Below are positions 56,050-62,850 of a stretch of DNA of 64,000 nucleotides, in pieces. The stretch is from a virus. The notes under the pieces are model-generated. The model was not told the DNA's origin and made no database searches. It was given only the letters and a program-made list of their open reading frames with translations. The stretch is taken from IMG/VR virus record IMGVR_UViG_3300027956_000006; one strand, given 5' to 3'. A program made the translations under genes and the position numbers. Positions within the stretch are counted from its first letter, which is position 1, and every line of letters begins with the position of its first letter.

Positions 56050-56207
56050 AAAACCAAAGCCGTAAGCTTTGGCCCGCAGCCATTTTATGTTCGGGTAGCT
56101 TTAGGCCAGCGTTTGTTTCTACAGATAATATAACCGATTCACAGTAGAACGTAGCTGACAGATCTAGGACCTAAAGCTACCGACTACTAAAAAGAGTCGG
56201 TTTTTTT
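56050..56207 (+). ncRNA. structured ncRNA of unknown class ending in an intrinsic terminator (candidate Y-like / sRNA)
   Basis: Hairpins CCAAAGC-CGTAA-GCTTTGG and CCCG...CGGG; 14-bp helix GGTAGCTTTAGGCC / GGACCTAAAGCTACC with a bulged A enclosing 59 nt; ends with CCGACT-ACTAAAAAG-AGTCGG + T8. Confidence 0.45.
56179..56207 (+). terminator. Rho-independent terminator
   Basis: CCGACT(ACTAAAAAG)AGTCGG followed by TTTTTTT. Confidence 0.7.
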
Positions 56208-56213
56208 ATTTAT

Positions 56214-56286
56214 GCCGCTGTGGTCTACGGGTTAGGACGCGAGAATTTCACTCTCGCAAAGCGAGTTCGATCTCTCGCCAGCGGTG
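56214..56286 (+). tRNA. tRNA-Glu (UUC)
   Basis: Acceptor GCCGCTG/CAGCGGT, D stem GTCT/GGAC, anticodon stem GCGAGA/TCTCGC loop ATTTCAC, T arm GCGAG-TTCGATC(T)-CTCGC. Confidence 0.65.
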
Positions 56287-56294
56287 CTAGAATT

Positions 56295-56370
56295 GCCTCG
56301 TTAGCATAGTTTGGCTCAATGCGTTGGCTTGTCACGCCAAAGATCGGGGATTCAAATTCCCCACGGGGCG
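56295..56370 (+). tRNA. tRNA-Asp (GUC)
   Basis: Acceptor GCCTCGT/ACGGGGC, D stem GCAT/ATGC, anticodon stem TTGGC/GCCAA loop TTGTCAC, T arm GGGGA-TTCAAAT-TCCCC. Confidence 0.85.
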
Positions 56371-56379
56371 CTAAGAATT

Positions 56380-56636
56380 TAGTTAATGAACTAGCTACGG
56401 GTAAGCCTTAATGACTTATCTGAGGAAAGTCCAGGCTCTACATAGCAGCGTATCAAAGCTAACAACTTTGAGCAATCATAAAATTGACGATAAGAGGACA
56501 GAGACGAGAAAAATGAGACGACCAATCTCTACGCAGAGCAAGATCAAACAGAACCTGACCTGCTCGGTCGATAGGTTCGGGTAACGATCGCATAGACGGA
56601 TGGCTAGATAAACAAAACCTGGCTTATCATTAACTA
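56380..56636 (+). ncRNA. rnpB: RNase P RNA (compact, ~255 nt)
   Basis: P4 strands GAGGAAAGTCCAGGCTC (hallmark GGAAAGUCCGGGCUC) and ACAAAACCTGGCTTATC (ACAGAACCCGGCUUAUC) with compensatory CGG>CAG / CCG>CTG changes; P1 GTTAATGA / TCATTAAC closes the molecule; CATAGCAGCG after P4 matches CAUAGGGCA. Confidence 0.65.
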
Positions 56637-56646
56637 AATACTTTTT

Positions 56647-56732
56647 GGAGGGTATGTGCATGGTTAGATTGGCACGCCAGTTTGCTAAACTGGAAATCGA
56701 AAGAAACGCAGGAGCGTCACCTGCACCCTCCG
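56647..56732 (+). tRNA. tRNA-Ser (GCU), class II with long variable arm; atypical T loop
   Basis: Acceptor GGAGGGT/ACCCTCC perfect, D stem GTGC/GCAC, anticodon stem CCAGT/ACTGG loop TTGCTAA, 14-nt variable arm, T arm GCAGG-AGCGTCA-CCTGC. Confidence 0.55.
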
Positions 56733-56750
56733 CAAAAAAATTAAGAAAAA

Positions 56751-57434
56751 ATGAAAAAATATGTTTTATATAAAACAATCAATAAAATAAATAAGAAATT
56801 TTATATTGGTGCCCATATAACAGAGAATATTAATGATAATTACATAGGATCGGGATTATATTTATGTCAAGATATTAAAAAATACGGTAAAAATAATTTC
56901 AAAAAGATAGTTTTGAATTGTTTTAATTCGAAAGATGAATTATTATGTGCTGAAAAAAAATTATTGGACGCTAGGTACATAAAAAAGAATAAGCATCGAT
57001 TATATAATAGAAATGGTGGCGGGGCAGGATCGTGGATATATAATAATTATTTTTCTCCAAATAGAAAAGAACGATATAAAAGAATTTATATAAAATTCAA
57101 AAAATTGTTGCGCAATAGAGAATGGAGAAAGGAATTTTGTACAAAACTATCAATAGGACAGAAACAAGCTAGAGCTAAAGGCTTGTGTAAAGGATTTTTG
57201 AATAAAAAGCATACTAATAAATTTAAAAGGTTTATCGGTAAAATAAATGCAATTCAAAATAAAGGCAGAAATAATCCTCAATATAACAAAAAATGGATAT
57301 CGAATCTAAGATTTAAGAAATCTGTTCTTATTAAAAAAAACCTGATACAAGATTATTTAGCTCAAGGTTGGATAATTGGTAGAAGATTTAATGCTGGGTG
57401 TTTTGGGAAATTGGAAGAGTTGACGGAAGTATAG
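56751..57434 (+). CDS. GIY-YIG homing endonuclease
   Basis: N-terminal YVLYKTINKINKKFYIGA (GIY...YIG) ; basic C-terminal DNA-binding region; located between tRNA/ncRNA genes. Confidence 0.7.
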   Translation: MKKYVLYKTINKINKKFYIGAHITENINDNYIGSGLYLCQDIKKYGKNNFKKIVLNCFNSKDELLCAEKKLLDARYIKKNKHRLYNRNGGGAGSWIYNNYFSPNRKERYKRIYIKFKKLLRNREWRKEFCTKLSIGQKQARAKGLCKGFLNKKHTNKFKRFIGKINAIQNKGRNNPQYNKKWISNLRFKKSVLIKKNLIQDYLAQGWIIGRRFNAGCFGKLEELTEV

Positions 57435-57599
57435 AGATCCGACTTGTCTTGAAAACAGGTAACCGTTAATTACGGCATGTAGGGGCAGAACCTACCTCTT
57501 CCGCAAGATAGGAGCTTAAGCTAACAGCAAACTGTCGGTCTCCAAAACCGAATTTACTGGGGCGGAACCAGTAGCTCCTGCAATTGGTGAAAAAAGTTA

Positions 57600-57628
57600 C
57601 TGACAAATTAATTAATTATGCTATAATA
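57600..57628 (+). promoter_or_regulatory. sigma70-type promoter (CTGACA-17-TATAAT) driving downstream tRNA cluster
   Basis: aCTGACAaattaattaattatgcTATAATatat. Confidence 0.55.
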
Positions 57629-57637
57629 TATATAATT

Positions 57638-57711
57638 GGCACTATGGCTGAGTGGTCGAAAGCGATTGTCTGCAAAACAATTTATCAAGAGTTCAAATCT
57701 CTTTAGTGCCT
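57638..57711 (+). tRNA. tRNA-Cys (GCA)
   Basis: Acceptor GGCACTA/TAGTGCC, anticodon stem ATTGT/ACAAT loop CTGCAAA, T arm AAGAG-TTCAAAT-CTCTT. Confidence 0.75.
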
Positions 57712-57715
57712 CAAC

Positions 57716-57794
57716 GAGTCCGATGTCGACTGGTCAGACACTTGCCTTTTAAGCAAGCGCATTTTGCAAGCGAGTTCGATTCTCGCCGGGCTCA
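57716..57794 (+). tRNA. tRNA-like with UUU anticodon (Lys?) and anomalous 12-nt variable region
   Basis: Acceptor GAGTCCG/CGGGCTC, D stem TGTC/GACA, anticodon stem CTTGC/GCAAG loop CTTTTAA, T arm GCGAG-TTCGATT-CTCGC; 79 nt. Confidence 0.45.
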
Positions 57795-57801
57795 CTAGTT
57801 C

Positions 57802-57873
57802 GGGCGTATAGCAAAATGATAATGCAGTTGGCTCTTAACCAGCATATTGGAGGTTTGAGTCCTCCTACGCCCA
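57802..57873 (+). tRNA. tRNA-Lys (CUU)
   Basis: Acceptor GGGCGTA/TACGCCC, anticodon stem GTTGG/CCAGC loop CTCTTAA, T arm GGAGG-TTTGAGT-CCTCC. Confidence 0.7.
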
Positions 57874-57992
57874 CATTATTGCTCCGGAAGACAAGGTGCG
57901 AATCCTTATATATAACAGCTTGCGGTGAAGGCGCCAACCAACCCAAAAGCGACATTATATTAGTGTAATTTTAGCACACCGGGGTTTTAAAT

Positions 57993-58063
57993 TACAGTGT
58001 CCTCTAACGATAGGAGAATGGGCTTTGAACCCGTCAATGAAGGTTTGATTCCTTCCGCTGTAG
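57993..58063 (+). tRNA. tRNA-Gln (UUG)
   Basis: Acceptor TACAGTG/CGCTGTA, anticodon stem ATGGG/CCCGT loop CTTTGAA, T arm GAAGG-TTTGATT-CCTTC; weak 3-bp D stem. Confidence 0.5.
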
Positions 58064-58491
58064 CTAAAATGGAGATGATATGACTGTTGAAGAAAAGAAA
58101 TTAATTGATGATATGACACAATACGAATTATGTCATAGATGGAGATTTGCTAAAATTGGAGATCCTTTATTCCAAGGAGATACTGGTGAATATTATAGTA
58201 AAATTTTAAAAGAAAAAGGTGGTTTTACACCAGAAATTTCAAAACAATTAGGGTGGTTTTAAATGAAAGTCAAAAATTATTTAGGATGGTTGCAAGATAT
58301 GGAGCATTATCGTGAGGGGTATACTTGGCATTATTATATAAATAAAGAAAAAAGTATTTGTGGAAAAAGCAAACATCCTACACAACAATGGAATGCTGCA
58401 TATATGAGAGGTAGAACCTGTAAAAAATGCTTAAACTATTGTAAAAAAAATAAATTAGAAGTTATATAATATCTTATAGAGTATATTAAAT

Positions 58492-58562
58492 TGCGAAGTC
58501 GACTAATGGTAGGCCGCAACGCTCTGAACGTTGAAATCAAGTTTCGATTACTTGCTTCGCAG
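58492..58562 (+). tRNA. tRNA-Gln (CUG)
   Basis: Acceptor TGCGAAG/CTTCGCA, anticodon stem CAACG/CGTTG loop CTCTGAA, T arm CAAGT-TTCGATT-ACTTG; imperfect D stem. Confidence 0.5.
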
Positions 58563-58576
58563 CTAGAAAGGTAATA

Positions 58577-59905
58577 ATGAAAAATAAAATATTTGAGTTG
58601 TTTAAAGATTTTGAGATATTTCTTGTTGGCGGTTCAGTAAGAGATAAACTCTTGAATATAGAAACTAACGATTTAGATTTCGCTACTAGCGCAACCCCAG
58701 ATCAATCTAAAGCAATACTCGAAGCTGCTGGGTATCATCCGCATACTGTTGGATGGGCATTTGGCACAGTTGGTATTGTAAATGATCAATATGAGGTACA
58801 TATTACGACATATCGTAAGGCTGAAGATTATCAGCGCGATAATCGAAACCCGACAGTTGAATGGGGAAAAACTATTCAAGAAGATCTTATAAGACGTGAT
58901 TTTACCATTAATGCACTAGCACAAAATAGCACCGGCGAGATCATAGATTTATTTAATGGAGTACAACATCTTAAAGATAAGTTACTTGTTACACCGATCG
59001 ATGCGAATATAGCGTTTAATGATGATCCTTTAAGGATGTTACGAGCTGTAAGATTTAAGGCAAGACTTGGTTTTGAATATAGCACAAATGTACAAGAAGC
59101 TTTATATAGACAAGCACATCGTTTATTAATTCTTCCAAAAGAAAGGATCCAAGAAGAATTAAATAAGATTTTAATGACAGATAATGCGGCAGATGCATTA
59201 CATGATTTATATCAATTTAGATTACTAGATTATATAATTCCTGAATTAAAGATGTTAAGTAAGATCGAGCAAGACAGTATTTACCATTCAAAAAATGCAT
59301 TATTACATACCATAGAGGTATTGCGTAATACTTCAAAAGATATAATCTTAAGATATGCCGCAATCTTTCACGACTTGGGTAAAATGGTAACCCGGTCTGT
59401 AGAAAATGGTAATGTCCATTTTTATCATCACGAGAATATTTCGGCGCTTATGACATATCCAATTCTACAAAGATTAGGTTTACCAAAACGCTGGTGTAAA
59501 GATATTACATATCTAGTGAGAAATCATATGCGTGCTAATACCTATGAAAAAGACTGGTCAGATAGTGCAGTAAGACGTTTTATACGTGATACTGGTGAAT
59601 ATTGCGATAGACTTTTAGTACTTAGTAGAGCTGATATCACTAGTCATAACCCAATTACTGTGCAGAAGCATCTCGATTCTTTAAATGATTTTGAAAGACG
59701 TATTAATGAATTAAGAAATTTTAAAGAATTAAAATGCCCAATAAGTGGTTTAGTTATTATGGAATTCTTTGATTTACCAGCCTGCAAGAAAGTTGGTGAA
59801 ATAAAAGAGTTGATTCTGAATGCTATCATTAATGGTGAATTAAAAATTGAAGACAGTGAAGAAGTAATATTAGAATATGCGAAACGCAAGATGGAGATAA
59901 AATAA
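58577..59905 (+). CDS. cca: tRNA nucleotidyltransferase (CCA-adding enzyme), class II with HD domain
   Basis: FLVGGSVRDKLLN...NDLDFAT head-domain motif, RDFTINAL, ERI..EL, and HD motif AAIFHDLGK. Confidence 0.85.
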   Translation: MKNKIFELFKDFEIFLVGGSVRDKLLNIETNDLDFATSATPDQSKAILEAAGYHPHTVGWAFGTVGIVNDQYEVHITTYRKAEDYQRDNRNPTVEWGKTIQEDLIRRDFTINALAQNSTGEIIDLFNGVQHLKDKLLVTPIDANIAFNDDPLRMLRAVRFKARLGFEYSTNVQEALYRQAHRLLILPKERIQEELNKILMTDNAADALHDLYQFRLLDYIIPELKMLSKIEQDSIYHSKNALLHTIEVLRNTSKDIILRYAAIFHDLGKMVTRSVENGNVHFYHHENISALMTYPILQRLGLPKRWCKDITYLVRNHMRANTYEKDWSDSAVRRFIRDTGEYCDRLLVLSRADITSHNPITVQKHLDSLNDFERRINELRNFKELKCPISGLVIMEFFDLPACKKVGEIKELILNAIINGELKIEDSEEVILEYAKRKMEIK

Positions 59906-60222
59906 TGTTAGAAATTAATAAAAAATTAGGAAGAGAATAGAGCATACATATGCAATATTTATTAACAGAAGAAGAATATTTAAAATTGGAAAGAAACCCA
60001 GATAAAGATAAGACTGAATCTCTTTTAAATGATTTACGTACTAAAGTTTTAACATTAGCTAATTTTAAATGTCTGCATCAAATTACAGACGTAGATTATG
60101 AAAAAGGATTAAATGTTGATGAGGGTTATTGTGATAATTGTCCATTAAGTTTTTGTAAAAATGAAAACCTTAAAATGAAACATTATCTATGTGGTTGTGA
60201 TACTTTATATTCTAAATAAACA

Positions 60223-60298
60223 CAGTGCGTGGGCCAACTTGGATTAGGTCGCCTGGCCTGGAACCAGGAGGTTGAAGGTTCAAATCCTTCCGTGCTGA
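60223..60298 (+). tRNA. tRNA-Pro (UGG)
   Basis: Acceptor CAGTGCG/CGTGCTG (two GU), D stem GGCC/GGTC, anticodon stem CCTGG/CCAGG loop CCTGGAA, T arm GAAGG-TTCAAAT-CCTTC. Confidence 0.65.
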
Positions 60299-60303
60299 CT
60301 TTC

Positions 60304-60347
60304 GGAGTAGTTAAGTACATTAAAAGAGTTCGCGACTCTCTACTCCA
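60304..60347 (+). ncRNA. tRNA-like minihelix / truncated tRNA (acceptor stem + T arm only)
   Basis: GGAGTAG...CTACTCC 7-bp acceptor-like stem enclosing AGAG-TTCGCGA-CTCT T-arm-like hairpin; no anticodon arm; 44 nt, immediately upstream of HNH gene. Confidence 0.4.
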
Positions 60348-60366
60348 CTAAAATATTTGAAAGGAG

Positions 60367-60882
60367 TTGATTAAGTTGAGAGTTTTAGTTTTAAATAGTT
60401 CGTATGAATTTCTTGGTTTTTGTGATTGGCAATCTGCCATTTGTGCTAAAGTATCCGGTAAGGTTTATGTTGAGGAAGAATATGAGCAGGAAGTAAGATC
60501 ACCTTCAACAACTATGCGTATTCCTGCCGTTATTAGATTACGTCATTATGTAAAAGTTACATATGAAAAAGTGATGTATGTTTCATATACTAAACGTAAT
60601 GTGCATCTAAGAGATAACTATACTTGTCAATATTGTCATACAAAACATGATGCTAGAAAATTAGGTATTGATCATGTATTACCTGAATCACGAGGGGGTT
60701 TAACAACTTGGGAAAATACCGTATCTTGTTGTCATGGATGTAATTTAGTGAAAGATAATAGAACACCTGAAGAAGCAAAAATGAAACTTATGCGTATTCC
60801 AACTAAACCTAGAGGGTTCAGAGAAATCATTAGGATTAAAATTGGTGAGTTACATGATCTTTGGGAAAAGTATTTATTTTAG
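60367..60882 (+). CDS. HNH homing endonuclease
   Basis: CQYCHTKHDARKLGIDHVLPESRGGLTTWENTVSCCHGCNLVKDN (HNH with Zn-binding Cys pairs); sits between tRNA genes. Confidence 0.75.
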   Translation: MIKLRVLVLNSSYEFLGFCDWQSAICAKVSGKVYVEEEYEQEVRSPSTTMRIPAVIRLRHYVKVTYEKVMYVSYTKRNVHLRDNYTCQYCHTKHDARKLGIDHVLPESRGGLTTWENTVSCCHGCNLVKDNRTPEEAKMKLMRIPTKPRGFREIIRIKIGELHDLWEKYLF

Positions 60883-60887
60883 AAATT

Positions 60888-60961
60888 GGTGGGTATCGTC
60901 TAGCGGTTAAGGATACAAGGTCGTGACCCTTGTGACACGAGTTCGAGTCTCGTTACTCACC
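60888..60961 (+). tRNA. tRNA-His (GUG) with G-1:C73
   Basis: Extra 5' G pairing with discriminator C, acceptor GTGGGTA/TACTCAC, anticodon stem CAAGG/CCTTG loop TCGTGAC, T arm ACGAG-TTCGAGT-CTCGT. Confidence 0.8.
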
Positions 60962-60970
60962 CTAAGATAT

Positions 60971-61053
60971 GCGTAGGTATCCAAATGATGAAGGGCGCAG
61001 TCTGTAAAACTGTTACATTCGAAACGTTGCAAGTTTGAATCTTGCCCTACGCA
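60971..61053 (+). tRNA. tRNA-Tyr (GUA), class II
   Basis: Acceptor GCGTAGG/CCTACGC perfect, anticodon stem GCAGT/ACTGT loop CTGTAAA, long variable arm, T arm GCAAG-TTTGAAT-CTTGC. Confidence 0.75.
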
Positions 61054-61066
61054 CTAATTTGAAAGG

Positions 61067-61543
61067 TTGAATATGAAAATTGGTATTATTGGTCATGGTG
61101 CAGATAAATTCACAGAAGTTAGTAGATTAAATGCAGCAGAATTAATTGCAGCTATTTTAAAAGATTATTGTGTACAATGTATTGAGAAAAGAGATTATGA
61201 TACAGGATTTGTTTCAGGACATTCACCTGTAGGTGGGGTTGATATATGGGGAGAAAAAATAGCAAAACTATTAGGTATTCCGTTAGAACTTAAGATACCT
61301 AAACAAAAATGTTGGGACGCAGAATACGGATTTAAACAACGTAATTTAGATATTGCAAGTTCTTCAGATATACTACATATAATTTTAGTAGATAAATACC
61401 CGAAAGATTATAAAGGTAGAAAGTTTAGTAAATGTTACCATTGTAATAGTTCTGATCATGTAAAGTCTGGAGCATGTTGGACAGCAAAAGAAGCTCGAAA
61501 ATTGAATAAAGAAGTTATATATCACATAATTAGAAATGAATAA
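61067..61543 (+). CDS. hypothetical protein with C-terminal CCHC zinc knuckle (possibly SLOG/LOG-like fold)
   Basis: KIGIIGHGADKF ... CYHCNSSDHVKSGAC. Confidence 0.3.
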   Translation: MNMKIGIIGHGADKFTEVSRLNAAELIAAILKDYCVQCIEKRDYDTGFVSGHSPVGGVDIWGEKIAKLLGIPLELKIPKQKCWDAEYGFKQRNLDIASSSDILHIILVDKYPKDYKGRKFSKCYHCNSSDHVKSGACWTAKEARKLNKEVIYHIIRNE

Positions 61544-61706
61544 ATTAATTAAAACCGAGTCTGGATGTGCTTATTGTCAGCAAAAAGGGTTTATTCATAT
61601 CCATACTGATATGCAAACATATGCTTTAAATGGTTTTGTAGATAATGAAGAAGCGATAAAAATGTTTAATATAGTATGTGAAAAAATAAAATATTTTAGA
61701 TATGAT

Positions 61707-61777
61707 GGGCAGGTCGTCTAATGGGAGGATTTCTGTTTTGCAAACAGAGGATAGGGATTCGAGTTCCCTCCAGTCCA
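61707..61777 (+). tRNA. tRNA-Ala (UGC)
   Basis: Acceptor GGGCAGG/CCAGTCC (one AxA mismatch), D stem GTCT/GGAT, anticodon stem TCTGT/ACAGA loop TTTGCAA, T arm AGGGA-TTCGAGT-TCCCT; 5' end overlaps stop of ORF 61536-61721. Confidence 0.6.
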
Positions 61778-61863
61778 CAAAAATTCGGCTCGTAGCGGAG
61801 ACGCAAGCATCAGATTAAGTCTGAAGTAGGTAGAGGTGGCGTACTACCGAGCTGACCAAAATG

Positions 61864-61934
61864 AGATATAGGTGTTGATGATTGCACACTACATTGCCAA
61901 TGTAGAAGAACGGGTTTAAATCCCGTATATCTCT
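61864..61934 (+). tRNA. tRNA-Gly (GCC)
   Basis: Acceptor GAGATAT/ATATCTC, D stem GTGT/ACAC, anticodon stem CTACA/TGTAG loop TTGCCAA, T arm ACGGG-TTTAAAT-CCCGT. Confidence 0.85.
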
Positions 61935-61951
61935 CTGTTCTTTTTAATATT

Positions 61952-62023
61952 GCCCGTCTAGTGATAACGTTAGCACAACGGTCCTGTAAACCGTGAGTCG
62001 CAGTTGAATTCTGCGGATGGGCT
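61952..62023 (+). tRNA. tRNA-Thr (UGU)
   Basis: Acceptor GCCCGTC/GATGGGC, anticodon stem ACGGT/ACCGT loop CCTGTAA, T arm CGCAG-TTGAATT-CTGCG. Confidence 0.7.
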
Positions 62024-62145
62024 CTAAATTTATATGATATCTGCAACGATACTAGTTAATGCAGAGCTGAAAACCAACTAAATGCTCAGGGAAACTCTCT
62101 AAGATAATTTAGAAGGATGCACCAAAGAGTTAGTTTATCATATTT

Positions 62146-62216
62146 GCCAGCATAGTTCAATGTTAGAATAAGGCTTTCGTAAAGCTTAGATTTGGGTTAA
62201 ATTCCCAGTGTTGGCT
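62146..62216 (+). tRNA. tRNA-Thr (CGU)
   Basis: Acceptor GCCAGCA/TGTTGGC, D stem GTTC/GAAT, anticodon stem AGGCT/AGCTT loop TTCGTAA, T arm TTGGG-TTAAATT-CCCAG. Confidence 0.65.
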
Positions 62217-62227
62217 TTAAAATTAAT

Positions 62228-62300
62228 GCCATTGTAGCTCAAGAGGAAGAGCGCTAACTTGGTAAGTTAGAGGTTGTCAGATCGTTACTGACCTTTGGCT
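62228..62300 (+). tRNA. tRNA-Thr (GGU)-like with two UxU mismatches in acceptor stem
   Basis: D arm GCTC-AAGAGGAA-GAGC, anticodon stem CTAAC/GTTAG loop TTGGTAA, T arm GTCAG-ATCGTTA-CTGAC; acceptor GCCATTG/CTTTGGC imperfect. Confidence 0.5.
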
Positions 62301-62321
62301 AAGTTATCAGGGCTGTGTAAT

Positions 62322-62393
62322 GCGTCTGAAGTGTTGGAGAGTGCACTACAGTTTTCCAAACTGTGAGAATGGGTTTAACTCCCATCAGACGCT
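62322..62393 (+). tRNA. tRNA-Gly (UCC)
   Basis: Acceptor GCGTCTG/CAGACGC, anticodon stem ACAGT/ACTGT loop TTTCCAA, T arm ATGGG-TTTAACT-CCCAT. Confidence 0.8.
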
Positions 62394-62410
62394 CTAATAA
62401 AAGGAGAATG

Positions 62411-62611
62411 AAAATGCAGAAGAAACCAAATTGTTACAAATGTGAATTTCGAGGTTCAATACCAGGTGATGCACATTCACAATGTCATAACATAAATGCA
62501 CATGTAGAAGGAGACGCTTATGGTAGACGATCTGGGTGGTTTTTCTGGCCAGTAAATTTTGATCCAGTATGGTTAGAATCGTGTGACGGATTTAAGGCAA
62601 TTAAAAAATAA
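62411..62611 (+). CDS. small Cys/His-rich protein (ORF track start 62363 lies inside tRNA-Gly; real start probably ATG 62411 after AAGGAG)
   Basis: RBS aaaggag 7 nt upstream of ATG; CYKCEF...HSQCHN...C motifs. Confidence 0.4.
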   Translation, partial: KMQKKPNCYKCEFRGSIPGDAHSQCHNINAHVEGDAYGRRSGWFFWPVNFDPVWLESCDGFKAIKK

Positions 62612-62620
62612 TGATATAAT

Positions 62621-62692
62621 GCCGGGTTAGCTGAGATAGATTAGCGCTGCGCTGAAGACGCGGAGAGGTCAGATCGATACTGACATCCGGCA
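62621..62692 (+). tRNA. tRNA-Phe (GAA)
   Basis: Acceptor GCCGGGT/ATCCGGC, D stem GCTG/TAGC, anticodon stem CTGCG/CGCGG loop CTGAAGA, T arm GTCAG-ATCGATA-CTGAC. Confidence 0.8.
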
Positions 62693-62702
62693 CAAAAAAA
62701 TA

Positions 62703-62730
62703 TTGACATTTGATAAGAATGTGATATAAT
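62703..62730 (+). promoter_or_regulatory. sigma70-type promoter (TTGACA-16-TATAAT)
   Basis: aTTGACAtttgataagaatgtgaTATAATata. Confidence 0.55.
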
Positions 62731-62751
62731 ATAAATGTTACAAAAAATGAT

Positions 62752-62826
62752 AGCTAGGTACCATAATGTTAATGGAACGAGCTGTTAACTCGTGATATGA
62801 AAGTTAGACTCTTTCCCTAGCTGCCA
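62752..62826 (+). tRNA. tRNA-Asn (GUU) with encoded CCA
   Basis: Acceptor AGCTAGG/CCTAGCT, D stem CCAT/ATGG, anticodon stem ACGAG/CTCGT loop CTGTTAA, T arm GAAAG-TTAGACT-CTTTC, then G-CCA. Confidence 0.85.
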
Positions 62827-62850
62827 ATATAGTTTGTTCTTTTAAAATTT

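Noticed and set aside
56476-56778. Minus-strand ORF (100 aa) from the six-frame track
   Set aside because: Lies antisense across the RNase P RNA and tRNA-Ser genes; no RBS; every supported gene in the window is on the + strand.
57749-57955. Minus-strand ORF (68 aa)
   Set aside because: Antisense to tRNA-Lys genes; spurious.
61780-61860. Possible tRNA (acceptor CGGCTCG/CGAGCTG with encoded ACCA, anticodon-like hairpin TCAGA-TTAAG-TCTGA)
   Set aside because: Could not build D or T arms; anticodon loop only 5 nt. Left as unassigned tRNA-like fragment.
61810-62046. Minus-strand ORF (78 aa)
   Set aside because: Antisense to tRNA-Gly(GCC)/tRNA-Thr(UGU); spurious.
62363-62611. ORF-track start at 62363 for the small Cys-rich protein
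   Set aside because: First 30 nt lie inside tRNA-Gly(UCC). An ATG at 62411 with AAGGAG 7 nt upstream is the credible start.
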